A stretch of 64,000 bases of DNA from Octopus sinensis (Eukaryota): assembly GCF_006345805.1 (NCBI RefSeq), contig NC_043001.1, forward strand, positions 118,668,001-118,732,000, read 5' to 3'. A model generated the notes under the pieces. The model did no database searches. It had not been told where the DNA came from and was given only the letters and a program-made list of their open reading frames with translations. The translations under genes were made by a program, and so were the position numbers. Shown piece after piece: positions 27,917 to 41,400 of this stretch (position 1 is the stretch's first letter; every line of letters starts with the position of its first letter).

Positions 27917-30900
27917 TACATACATACATACATACATACACACACACATACATACAGACGTTTATATACATATATGGATGCACAGATGTATATTAATACT
28001 GCATATACATGCTCCACTTGAAATAAAATCCAGTTTTTGGATTGGGTTCTCCAGTTATGAAAGAATGCAATGTTGGATGTTATCCTTCCTCATGGTTGAC
28101 AGCTGAGCAGTGTGTATGTGTGTGCATGCATGCATACATAAATAGTAATATCTTAGTATGATTAAGGCTCAATGACTGGAACGAGTAAAAGAATATATAT
28201 AAGCAAATACACAGACGTAAACACAGAGGAAATCTTGTACTTACTGCAATATGGCACCTGGTCTCTCAACTATGTCCTTCTGTTTCACAGTAAGAATACC
28301 ATCAAGAGACTGTGGTTTCCAGCTGGCAGAACTAGTAATAAACGATGGTGTCCTTGTTGGCAGACTCACCTGCAGAGAATTATCAGAGTAACAATCATGA
28401 CTGAAAAATATTCCAAGATGTTGGGAAGGACTTGAAATTCAGTCCTAATTGTTTTGAAAGATAAACCTAAAGATGAAGTAAAAAATTACTAACATTTTTC
28501 TTCATTTTTAAGTATGTCCTGCTTTGTAGAATCTTAATTAGCTATTAAATAACACGTCTCGTATTATGTAGGTGTCAAATTGGCTGAGTCATAACAGCAT
28601 TGGATAGATTGTATTGCAGTATTGTTTCAACTGTCTCTGCTCTGAGTTCAAATTCCTCTAAGATCGACTGTACTTTTTTTATCTTTCTAGGGTCAATAAA
28701 ATAGAATGAATCCAGTGTGGGGGATTCATACTGTTAGAGGGGCCAAGTAAACTGCCTTGCAGTATCTGTCACAGCTCCTTGGTGTTCTGAGAAAAATCAT
28801 CTGTGATGACATTGATGTCAAGTCATATCAACCCTGGAGCAGAAGCCTTTCTCTTGGACAACATGAATTGCATAAAGAGGGGAGACTTGCATGTACAAGC
28901 AATTGCTAATCTTCCAACAAAAAGAAAAAAAAACAATGGTCTGTGCCTGCAGGTGCAGATATGGTCAACCCTAACCAATGAAGCCTTTTATATTATGTAG
29001 TACTAACATAGTACTGTTAGCTCTACGTTAGTACTGTTAGTAGTATTATGTAACTATTACATAGTACTTTAGCAGCAGTGAGTGGGAAAAAGGTCAATTC
29101 GTTGACAACAGAATTTTAAATTAAATTAGATATCTATGTGTTTTCATAGAGTATTTTTATAGAGTTGAGTTCATTAATAGAATTTACAGTTGAAATAATT
29201 TTATCTAAGCGGACTACATCATATTAATTGGAGCCTCTCATGATTGCTTGACTTGCTAGAAATAACAGCTGCAGCTCCTTCATAGGAGAATATGTAGCAT
29301 ATAACTCTGAATAGTAAATGGGTGCAAGCATATGGACAGAGTAAGTCAAAAAATTTTAATCCATTAGAATTACACTCTTAGTGATGAGAACAAATCATCA
29401 TTTAAATAGCAAACTCTGGCAAGAAATGGAAGGGAGACAAGTTCCAAAATTTTAATTCCTTATACATCTTTACATCCTTACTGATGAGAACAATCACTTT
29501 CCTAGTCAGCTAATTCTAGTCAAGATAGGGGAGACAATCGCAAAATTTCAAAGAATGTAGTGGAGAAGGAGTCTGATACTTAATATGAGAAACGTGACAA
29601 TTTTGGACATGTTTCAGTATTATTGTACCTCATCAGTGAAGCATAATCTACCTGTAACTGGAAAGTCTAGGCTTTAAAATAAAAAAAGATGGGTATGGCT
29701 GAAATGCCCTTTATCATAGATTAGTTTAATCAGAACAAAGAAAAGTAGTTAGCAAATTGGTAAAGTCATTACTGTGAAGGACAAAAGGCCTTTTGGTATT
29801 TGTTCTAGTTCCCAGCATTTTGAGTTCCGATCAGACAGAGGTCAATTTTATCTTTGATTCTTTTAGGATCAATAAAATAAAGTACCAGCCCATCATAGTG
29901 AATAGTAGAATTATCAGTGTATCAAATGGGATGCATTGTGTGTCTGTTCAGGTATTTGCATTTTGAGTTTTTGAGTGATAGTCTAAATTTATTGCTTGGT
30001 TGAACACCCTAACCTGAGTTTTGGGTGCCTTTGATGGAGTTCATTTTGTTTCTAGTTTGAGGATAAGTTCCTCTCTTTCAACAAGTCATAAATGCCCTAA
30101 AGAAACAAGTCACGGGTGTTGCCTTTCTCTCTTTGACAAAAAAACCCCCAAAAAACAAGACAAATCCAATACATTTTCTCCTGTCATGCAGTAATAATAA
30201 TACCAATAATAATAATTATTGTGATTATTTTGAAGATGAAGAACCCAGCCCTTCAAAAAAAGGATAAAAGCTTAAGTAACTGACCTTTTGATAATTATAC
30301 ATACTTGATGCTTCTCTAGAAATGTTGTGAATCTCAGCTCGATAGGTAGGTAAAGGAAGAAGAATGGACTTCTCAACACCTGTTAAACATGGAGAGAAAG
30401 AAAATCCAGGATATAACATTGTGCAGATCTTAATTTTAAAATAGATCTTGGGTACAAATGTGTTGAGAAAGCAGCCGAATATCAAAGACATTGGATGAGG
30501 TGATGCATAAAAGGTCTATGCTAATATAAACAAGTAATGTGAATGGATGTAGATTTCTGGATGGAAGAAGATATGACTATGATAGCCAAAGAGTACTTAG
30601 TGAAGAAATAGATCAGACTTGAAAATTTTGGGCCCCAAAAAAGAAGAAAAGTAGAAGTCAGATCAGTGCCTGAATGAGGAATAAAACACATGCAACATGT
30701 TGTGTTAATTAATGTTTCAAAAACACTAATTTCTAAACCAACATTCCTAAATTATTTATGCTAGATGTTGACTAAAATGTATATTGTGATAGAGGAAGAG
30801 ACACAAGAGGTTCTAAATGTATTGACAGTAAATGGCACCTGATTAGAAATGGTCATCCCTCAGGTGTTAGATGCATACGTTCTTTCAAGAATTTACAATA

Positions 30901-33900
30901 AAAATGTTATTTCAGAGCAAAAGTTTATATATTACTATAAAGAATCAGTACAGTTATGTAAGCATGTATGTGTATCCTGATAAAATTGAGTTTCACAAGC
31001 TTCTTTTTAGACTTTTAACCTTTACTTGTCCTACATTCAAGATGTTGCTGGATATATTTGCTTCAACTAAAACTATACAACCTATTGAATACATCAGAAC
31101 TTGAAAATAATCCTAGAAATTCAGGGTTTTCTCAATGCAGATGACCAACAGGTTTCTATTATTCATCCATTTAGCAAGCAATTGATTGCTGATTAAACTC
31201 AGCCTTGATTAAGCGAATGTATGTTCAAAGGCATGCCAGCTATGATAATTCTGATATTATATGTATCAGACACAATGTCCAATGAGTTCTTCCTTTTTTT
31301 AAGATAGTGTCATTTGAAGTAGATGTGACTGCTGTTTCTAGCCGATTGAGTAACTATGTAGAAGCTCCTTTGCTGAAAATCTAAACTTTATTAGTCGTCA
31401 GCTACACCAGGGTCCTCTCTGTAACGGTGAATATATTCCCACTAAAAAGTAACATTTCTCAATGAAAGAATATAATTCACTCAACTGATAAACAAGTAAT
31501 AATATGTTTGGCAGTAATTTGTATCAATTGTGGAAAAAAAAGTGAGGTTAGTTCTTGATACAGACACTGTAATGTGTGTCTATGGTCAAGATACTTGACA
31601 GTCAATGGCTTAACCTGAATGTCTGGTGCATCTCTTTGTCGTAAACAGTAGCTAAATCATCAAAGCTTTTGTCAGTTTGTAACACTAGATTCAAATTCTC
31701 TTAAGTTTTGTTGGTCCAATAAACCACTTCTGTACAACATACAATGTAACAATAAGTTGATGAGGGAGTTCTATGTGGATACTTGATACACTAGAAATAG
31801 CTGCCAAGTCTCCCTGAAATCATACCATACTGTCTACCATTGGACAATATGGTATTGAGTGCATAGTCCCTCAAAAAAGCTGGGATGGTCATTCTTTGAG
31901 TATAGGTCTGCTCAGTTAGGACTGCATACAACAACAACGAAATGATTCAGAAATCAATGTCATGTTTAAACTATGTAGTTATTTGGAGAAAGAGGAAGAA
32001 AAAAGAAAGAAGAAAAATAACCAAAACGAAGAAAATATAGAAGAAACGGTTTTACCTCTGACATATTCAAAGTACATGCTGAGCAAAGTTTTCATCCAGA
32101 CCAATACCTGTAAAAAAGTAATATTTAGTTATGAAAAAAATCACATTTACTGTGTATGTTAATACAACAGTGCATTACAGGTATCTATACCTGTTTGATA
32201 TTCTGATGTGTGTCTGGATGACCTGAGAGTTCTTCTGTCAACTTGCAATACACATGATGACAAACACACATCATATCCTGTTATTTATAAGATATTGTTT
32301 CACCATTATGTCTTTCAAAGCTAATACTTCATGGGGTCACTGCCCCTCATAGAAATATCATGGCTATTGAAGGTTTATATATCTTTATTAGCTTTTAAAG
32401 TACAAGTAGCATCAAGAAAATTCATCCAGGATTCATTCTCAGCCAGAGTATCTTACTCAAAGAAGACTTGGAGACACCAATGTCAATCATTTAAAATTGC
32501 TCACTGTAACTGAGTGATACTTTATCTGAAAAATTACATGTGATGAAAGTACGTTTCTACAGAAATATAATGTTATAAGCACTTTAGATTGGATAAGCAT
32601 TTTGTGTAAGAAACTAATTTGTAAAAAGAGAATAATGATAAGAGAATATAAGATAAGAGGGATTAGAGGATGTCTGTATCTGCTTGTGATGACCCTGGCA
32701 CCTAAAACAATCAGTGAAAGCAAACCATATTTAATTCTGAGTGATGATATCCATTGTGCATTTTGATTTAGTATGTTTGTTTGTTTTCATGATTGTTTTT
32801 CCATGCAGGCATGGGTTAGGCAGATATGTTATCCAGGCATTGTTTTACAGTCATTTGCCATTCCTGATGCTAACTCTTCCTTGGTTTTTAAGTAAGAGAT
32901 CTCTTACTCTACACAGCTTCAAATGCACAAAACAAGCAGTCAGACAATTGACTGAAGTACCAAGAAGACTGCTTAAACAGCAGGACTTTTGTACAGTCAG
33001 GTGCAGATGTAAAGACACAGACACATACAAGTGAATGCAAGCATGCACACACAGACACACAACTGGTTTCCTTTCAGTTTCTGTCTATCGAATCCACATC
33101 CAAGGTTTTGGTTGGCCTAAGCATACTAGAAGACACTTACCTCAGATGCCGTGCAGTGAGACTGAACTTGAGGCCATGTAGTTGGCAAAATAACTTTTTA
33201 ACCACACGGCTATACTTGCATCAACATAGTCATGTGTTTTAGGTACTTATAACAGAGAAGTAACAGTGGGGAATTTTATAGTTAGGGTACATAGAACAGG
33301 AATGCTGTGGTTACAGTCCTGAATTAGAAGATAGTTACAAAAGCTAAGTTACGGTTGTATTCTCACAAGAAAGAGAGTTTAGCTAAGATACATGCATATA
33401 GGAAGCAATTGTAAGCAATGACTTCATTCTTACCTCATTCCACGTGTAGTCAAACATTGCACTGGCAATATTTTCTCGAACACAAGCTAGAGGTGTAATG
33501 GGAGGGTAACCAGTTCGATAACAGTGGCTTGATTTTGGGCAGTGTCTCTGTCCATCAGGAAGAGTGTCTATTCTGAATTGGGAAAAAAAAAAACAGAGTG
33601 AAGTGAAAATTCTTATACATTTATAGATTAAGGTACAGTACAGCAAACCCAATTATTATTCTTTTTAGTCTTTAGTCTTTTCAGTCATTTTGTCTGATGC
33701 TCAACTGATTTCATCAATCTTTACTCTTCCCTAATCATAATAATAATAGTTCTTTCTGTTATAGGTTCAATGCTGGTCAATTATATCAACCCCAGTATTT
33801 GACTGGTACTTAATTTATCAACCCCCAAAGGATGAAAGGCAAAGTTGACCTTGGCAGCATTTGAACTCAGAATATACAGCCAGAAAAAATGCCACTAAGC

Positions 33901-35395
33901 TAATGATTCTACCAGCTTGCTACAACAACAGCAACAGTAATAATTATTACTACTCTAGGCACAAGGCCATGAAAATTTTGGAGGAAGGGGGCTAGTTGAT
34001 TACATTGACCCCAGTGCATAACTGGTACTTATTTCATTGACCCCCGAAAGGATGAAAGGTGAAGTCAACCTCAGGGGAATTTGAAGTCAGAGTGTAGTGG
34101 CAGATGAAATACCGCTAAACATTTCACCTGTCGTGCTAACAATTCTGTCAGCTTGCCACCTTAACAGCAACAGTAGTTATAATAATAATAATAATAATAA
34201 TAATTGTCTTAGTATAAAAGATGGGCTATAACAAATATTCTGCTCAATACCACAGATTTGCTTGTCAGTTGTTTGACCTTAACCAGTTGAGCATGTCCCT
34301 TAGTGGCTGACGATATGTGCATCTCTGATCACGAGCAGAAGTAGTGGGGGAGCATCATAGCCAAGTGTTGAGAGGAATTCTTTGGGATTTGGATAATTCA
34401 CATTTGGAAACATGGGTGTTTCATTCAACATCCTTAAACAACCCTTATTCAAGGACCTTTTGAGCAGGATGGGCTACTCGACATGATGAAAAAGAATTTT
34501 CATCATTCTGGCCCTACGTGCAAAGTCATGTGCTGTTTATCTTGATATGAGACCACCATGTCACACACGTAAGGCTGTGATGCATATGCCTGGTGTACAC
34601 TTATCAGGTGAGTAATCATGATGGGTATACTGGGCTTTGTATATTTTAACCCAGTGTCACTTTGATGGTGCGCACTGCTCTCTCACTAAAAATAATGGTT
34701 TTATTTTTGGCACAAGGCCAGTAGTTTCGGGGGAAGGGGTAAGCCAATTACATAGATCCCAGTATTCAACTGGTACTTATTTTATCAATCTTGAAAGGAC
34801 AACAGGCAAAGTCAACCTTGGTGGAATTTGAACTCAGAACATATACATGAATGAAATGCCACTAAATATTTGCCTCCTCCTCCTCCTCCTCATCATCATC
34901 ATTTAACGTCCGCTTGCCATGCTAGCATGGATTGGACGATTTGACTGAGGGCTGGTGAACCAGATGGCTGCACCAGACTCCAATCTGATCTGGCAGAGTT
35001 TCTACAGCTGGATGCCCTTCCTAATGCCAACCACTCTGAGAGTGTAGTGGGTGCTTTTACGTGTCACCGGCACGAGGGCCAGTTAGGTGTTACTGGCAAC
35101 GGCCATGCTCAAATGGTGCTTTTTATGTGTCACCTGCACAGGAGCCAGTCCAGCGGCACTGGCAACGACCTCGCTTGAATGTTTTTTTTCACGTGCCACC
35201 AGCACAAGTGCCAGTAAGGCGACGCAGGTAACCTGTGATTCTGTCAACTCACTGCCTCAATAATAACGATGATGATGATGATGATAAATAATTAAAAGGG
35301 TACCAGACTCAAAAAGGGTTTACATACTTAATGAGTGACAACTATTCAAGGACACAGTATTTGATAGATAACTATCTTATTGATGATGATGATGG

Positions 35396-35431
<36 letters not shown>

Positions 35432-38400
35432 GGATGACAGTATTACACCAACCTCTCTGGGTAGTCTATTGCAATGATCTCCTCAACATTTCCATCTTTT
35501 TCAATTATTTCCTCAAAAGCATCAGTTTGGTCCGATTGTGAGCTGCTCGTTTCCCTTGGCGACCCACTGTATGTCTGAGACTGTGATTTGAGGCGTTCTG
35601 CAGATTTACCAGTGATATTCAACCTTTGGATTAAACAGAGAAGAAATTAATAGTTGACATAGAAGGAATGTAACCCCTGGTTAGTGCCCTGACTGATCAT
35701 ATCTATGACCACAAAAATTCCAGCCATGAGCTGGGGATTTTTCTAGGGGATTGTATATCTAGAACTAAGTTATCCGATGCATTACTGCACTTTCAAATTG
35801 TTAGCATGTAATCTGATCAAGATTTGGTTACTATTTCTAGCAGGTTGAACAACCACATAAATGCACCATCAGCATTTTGTTGAAGTCAGAGTTGTAGCAG
35901 TTCTGTTACATACCTTGCTTTCAATTGCAGTCATTCCCACATAGGTAATCGTCATTGGGTGGATATCTTACTTGAAGTAAGGGAGTCAACAATAAAATGT
36001 ATTCGGTATATTGTATAGTAGCTCAGACTACAAAGAACCACTAATAAAGTATATAATAAACTCCCCGACTGACACTGTTCTCAACTAAGGGCTGTGCATC
36101 AGCTGTGTTGGCACCCATCTAGATGCTAAACATGCAGGCGCATGGCCTAGTGGTTAGGCTAATCACTTACATCAACCTCAGTGCGCAACTGGTACTTATT
36201 TCATTGATCCTGAAAGGATGAAAGGTAAAGCTGACCATGGCGGAATTTGAAGTCAAAACGTGAAGATGGACAAAATGCCACAAGGCATTTCATAATCCTT
36301 TCTTATTTTGGCATACAGCCAACAAATTTGAGGCATGGTGAAGTCAATTACATTGACCCCAGTGCGCAACTGGTACTTTTTTCATCAACTCCAAAAGAAT
36401 GAAAGGCAAAGTGAACCGTGGTAGAATTTGAACTCAGAACAAAAAGATGGATGAAAACCCACTAAACATCTTGTCCAGTGTGTTAATGATTTTGCCAGAT
36501 CACTGTCTTAATAATAATAATAATAATAATCATCATCAGTGGAATTTGAACTCAGAATGTCAAGGTGAACGAAATGCCGCTAAGCATTTCACCTGGCATG
36601 CTAACGATTATGCCAGCTCGCTGCCTTCTCAATAATAATAACGTATAAAATCATAAAGTTTATAAAGGACAGGAATTTTAAATTTGTTAGTTAAAGGTGA
36701 TGTTATTACTGAAGATGATGAGAAGGAGAAGGAGGATGAGGACCTTTGTTGGTTCTCACATACTGGTGACATTAATGTGGTGACATTGACCTACAGTTAT
36801 CCCTTCATAGGTCAAAGTCTGCAACAAAAATATCATAGGGGATGAAATTCCAGAGGGATTCTGTTGTGAGGGAGAAGAATGATTAGGAAAAGAGATCAGT
36901 GCAAACAAAGTAGGAGTGTTGTATAATCAAGACACAGAGGTGTTGGATGATAGTTGGTCTGGGTGGATGAGGTATACAGCTAATTGGTTCAGTGAAGTCA
37001 AAGTAGCAGCAGAAAAGGTACAGAGATGAAAAGGTGTTAGTGAATGTGTCTTTGCTTCTCAGCCAGATGGTTTTCTTTTTGAGTTTGGCATAGCAGCATT
37101 AGTGAGCCATAAATGTGAGAAGTGCTTGCACTGTGGGTCTTAATGAACCATAAATGCAAGCTGTATCCATTTATTTAGAACTGTGAGAGTGAAGAGATCC
37201 AGCTAAATACCACAAAACATTTGCTCTCTGCTCTACCTATTATTCTCATCCAATACTCCACAACTATAAGGCATTTTGTCTAGTGCTTTTGATTTTGCCC
37301 ATCTCTCACTCTCATAGTAATAATAACAATTATTTCTAAGAAAAAAAACAAGGACAGAAATTTATGGAAAAGGGTTAGTAAATTAAATTGACAACAGTTT
37401 TTGACTGGTGATTCATTTAATCAATCCTCTCTCTTAATCCTTTTTGCCCCTTGTAGAGCATAGGACCTCAACAGTTGTTTTCCACTTTATGTGGTCATTG
37501 GCATTTAGGAGAGATGAAAGACAAGTTAAATCTGGAAGGCTTTGAATTCAGAGCAAAAAAGCTGGAACAAATATTGCAAGGCAGGCTGTGCAACATGGAT
37601 ATGATTATAATATAACAATTGCTTCTAATTTAAGCACAAGGCCACAAGTTTTGAGGGTATAGAGCTAGTCAGTAACATTGATTCTCAGTACTCAATCAGT
37701 ACTTAATTTCATTGATCCTAAGCATGAAAGGTAAAGTTGATCTCAGCAGGATCTGAACTCAAAATGTAAAAAAAAACAAAAAAACAAATACAGCAAAATA
37801 TTTATTCCAATGCACAAACAAGTCTGTCACCTTGCTGTCCTATCAACTGACTATCACTAATCTCTGTAAACAACAATAATACTAATGATTTCTAAATTAA
37901 AAAATGATGACATAATGATGTAAATATAAAAGTCAACTTACAACTGAAGATCTGAGTCAAGAGGTGTGAAACTATTGGAAAAAGACAGGTCATCTTCAAT
38001 GAGATGGGCAGAAGATGTTGCATGGTAAGGCAGGCGTGGTACTGCATCATACCCCTGCTCCTCTGATGGAAATATTTGTTGACCAAGTACTCTGAAAAAT
38101 GAAAAAATGCACATGTCAGAAGAAATAACATACATACACACACACACGCACACATACAGCCAGACGTGCTGGTGGCATGTAAAATGCATTATATGAATGT
38201 GGTCAATGCCAGTGGCACCTGATTGGTCTCATATAAGTGGCACGTAAAAAGTACCATTTGAGTGTGGTTGTTGCTAGTGCCACCTGACTGGCTTCCACAC
38301 CAGTGGCATGCAAAAAGCACCATTCAATCCAGTACCACTGAACTGGTCCTCATGCTAGTGGCATGTAATAAGCACCCACTACACTCTAGGAATGGTTGGC

Positions 38401-41400
38401 ATTAGGAAGGGCATCCAGCTGTAGAAACTTTGCCAGATCAGATTGCCAGACCTCAGTTAAACCATCCAACCCTTACCAGCATGGAAAGTGGACGTTAAAC
38501 AATGATGATCACCATCATCATTTAACATCCACCTTCCATGCTGGCTTGAGTGGGACAGTTTGACAAGAGCCAGCCAGACAGAAGCCTGCACTAGACTTCT
38601 GTAACTGTTTTGGCAGGAATTTTACAGCTAGATACCTTCCTAACACCAACCAGTGCAGGAGAAGGAGTATATTAGGTGTGTTTTATCATGGCATGGATAT
38701 TACTGAAGTTGCCTTGTGCCCAGCAAGGCCAAAGAATCCTCCAAACTAGAGACAACTCTATGATGTCTCAATATTCATCTGAGGCATCATGACCAAGAAA
38801 GTGAATAGACGAGGGATGACATCAGAAGGGAGTAAGAACATGATGGGGGAAATGGTTAGAGTGAGAAGGTGGTAGAGAGAGGAGTAATGGTAGAGAGAGT
38901 GATACAGTGAGATGTACAGAGTGAGGTACGATGGACAGGAAAGGTGGTGAGTAGGATGAAGGTGAGTAAGGAAAGGTTGGATGATAGATTAGTGATGGAG
39001 AGATGAGAGGGCATCAGAGAGAAAGGAAGGAAGGAGATGGAGGCTTCCTAGGGATATTAATCCTCCATCTAATATAGAAATGGAGATATTACACATGATA
39101 TGCTCATATCACTGCAGCCTTCTCTCTTGTACACAACATCTGATTCTTCTGATGTCTCGATTTACTCTCAGCTCAACTGTGCCATGTCGTTCTTGTGCAC
39201 TAACTTTACACATTCTGCAGAGCATGCTTGCTTCATTTCTTTCTAGTCTTCCCAAACCCTTTGGCAAAGAAGAGGGGTTAGTTTCCCTCTGTCTGATAGC
39301 TACAGTATGGTGGTTGCTGTTGAAAGCTTTGTGGATAGAGCTTTGACTCTAATGACAAATGTAATTGCTCTTTGTATGTGAATTTGATAGATGGAAACTG
39401 AAGAATCCTATCAAATGCATGCATGGATGTACGTATATGTGTGTGTGTGCGCATGCATGGACATGTGAGAGTCTGTTTATATTTATACCATAACCTTGTG
39501 GCCTATGTCAGGAGTGTAACCAGCCCACTTATGCATACCTTTCCTTCATTGGACACTAAACTCTGCTTGCAAAGACCTGTTGAGGCAAGTGAAATCGGAA
39601 TCGAAATCAAAATCAAATTTGATGACTGACATCCGTGCTAGTGGAGCACTAGGAGCACCATCCGAGAGTAATCGTTGCCAGAGAAGCTGACTGGCTTCCA
39701 TGCCAGTGGCATGTAAAAAGCACCATTCGAGCGTGATCGTTACCAGTGTCGCCTTACTGGCACTTGTGCTGGTGGCATGTGAAAAAAATATTCGAGCGAG
39801 GTCGTTGCCAGTGCCGCTGGACTGGCTCCTGTGCAGGTGGCACATAAAAAACACCATTTGAGCATGGCCGTTGCCAGTACCACCTGACTGGTCCTCGTGC
39901 CGGTGGCACATAAAAGCACCCACTACACTCTCAGAGTGGTTGGCGTTAGGAAGGGCATCCAGCTGTTGAAACTCTGCTAGATCAAGATTGGAGCCTGGTG
40001 CAGCCATCTGGTTCACCAGTCCTCAGTCAAATCGTTCAACCCATGACAGCATAGAAAGCGGACGTTAAACAATGATGATGATGATTTCCCAACATTGCTG
40101 AAGTACAAGCTGTGACTTTTTTGTCATTTCTTTTGTCAACAAATCATGGATTGACTTTGCACCATTGAAGAGATGTAGAATAAAAAAATCTCTGACTTAA
40201 AAAACAGGTCAGGGTTAAGGAAAGAAAGGCATCCAACCATGAAACAAACTTCTAAAATATACAAGTCAAACATGGTAAAACAGACATAAAATTGAAGAAA
40301 TGAAAACTTTTCTTGTTATTTTGTTATTGTCTATTACCATTGGTATTTATTGTTATTTGTTTATGTGTTTTTGTTGTTATTGTTGATTTCATCCTTTTAC
40401 TCAGTGGAAATCTCTCACTTATTTTTGGTTCTTTTTCATCTTTTTGCATTTTTTTTTTTACTGCCCTTAATGTATTGAGCCTTTGAGGTCAATAAAAAAA
40501 TCCCCATCACCATCATATTTTCAAGAGTTTTATGAAAGTTTCTACCGTCATACCAGGTGCGCTTCCATGATCCTGATGTGTGCAGCATTATTTTTTGATG
40601 AGTGTAGAATTGTGTTTATATACTACATCAGTTATATCAAAAACAGAAATTGTACAGACATTTCAAAGTCTCTCTCACTGAAATAAATACCAAAGAAGGG
40701 AGTTCAGTTTCCTAATGTAATTAGCAAGAACTCTAAACAAATGAACAGTATTTGACTAACAATTCCACCAATCTGCTACCAACTTCTTTTTTGGACTATG
40801 GAAATAAGCTATTTAATAAATGAAAGACAAATTTTCCAACGATGGTGCTCAAAACAACCAATTATACCACATTAATTAATTGATTGAGTAAAAAAAGATG
40901 ACAATGGTATTGAATTAATAAATGATTATAAAAAATGTTAATGAAAACCTGAGATGTGGGAATTGCAAGCTCCATTCTTCACACTCATGGTACATGTCAG
41001 ACGAACCAATGGGTCTCTGTTGTTCATAGAGTATCTCATTGATTTCATTGAACAAAACTTGGATTTTACCAGCAGCTTTTCTTTCCGATTCCTTTGTGGA
41101 GAAGAGGCAAAAGAATAAAGAGATGATAGAAAAATAGAAATACAATAAAAACAACAAAAAAAACCCAACGAACAAACATAAAACAAGCAAAAGTCAATTT
41201 AAATAAAATCTAATCATTCATTATAATAATTTTCAGGGACAGTAATGGTTTTGTGCCAAACTAGAAAATGTGTTATAGTTGTCTTAAATACTGCATAGTT
41301 TATTTTGTCTTTTACAGCACTCCGAGGACAATAAAATAAGGAGGGACCAGTCATATATTGGGTTGATTCAAGGAAATCAAATTATAATTTACTATCAGAA

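Noticed and set aside
32191-32277. 87-bp in-frame exon candidate DMMCVCHHVYCKL...
   Set aside because: Weak acceptor (aaataacag), and it would split the conserved FDYTWNE|VLVWM helix; only junction reads could rescue it
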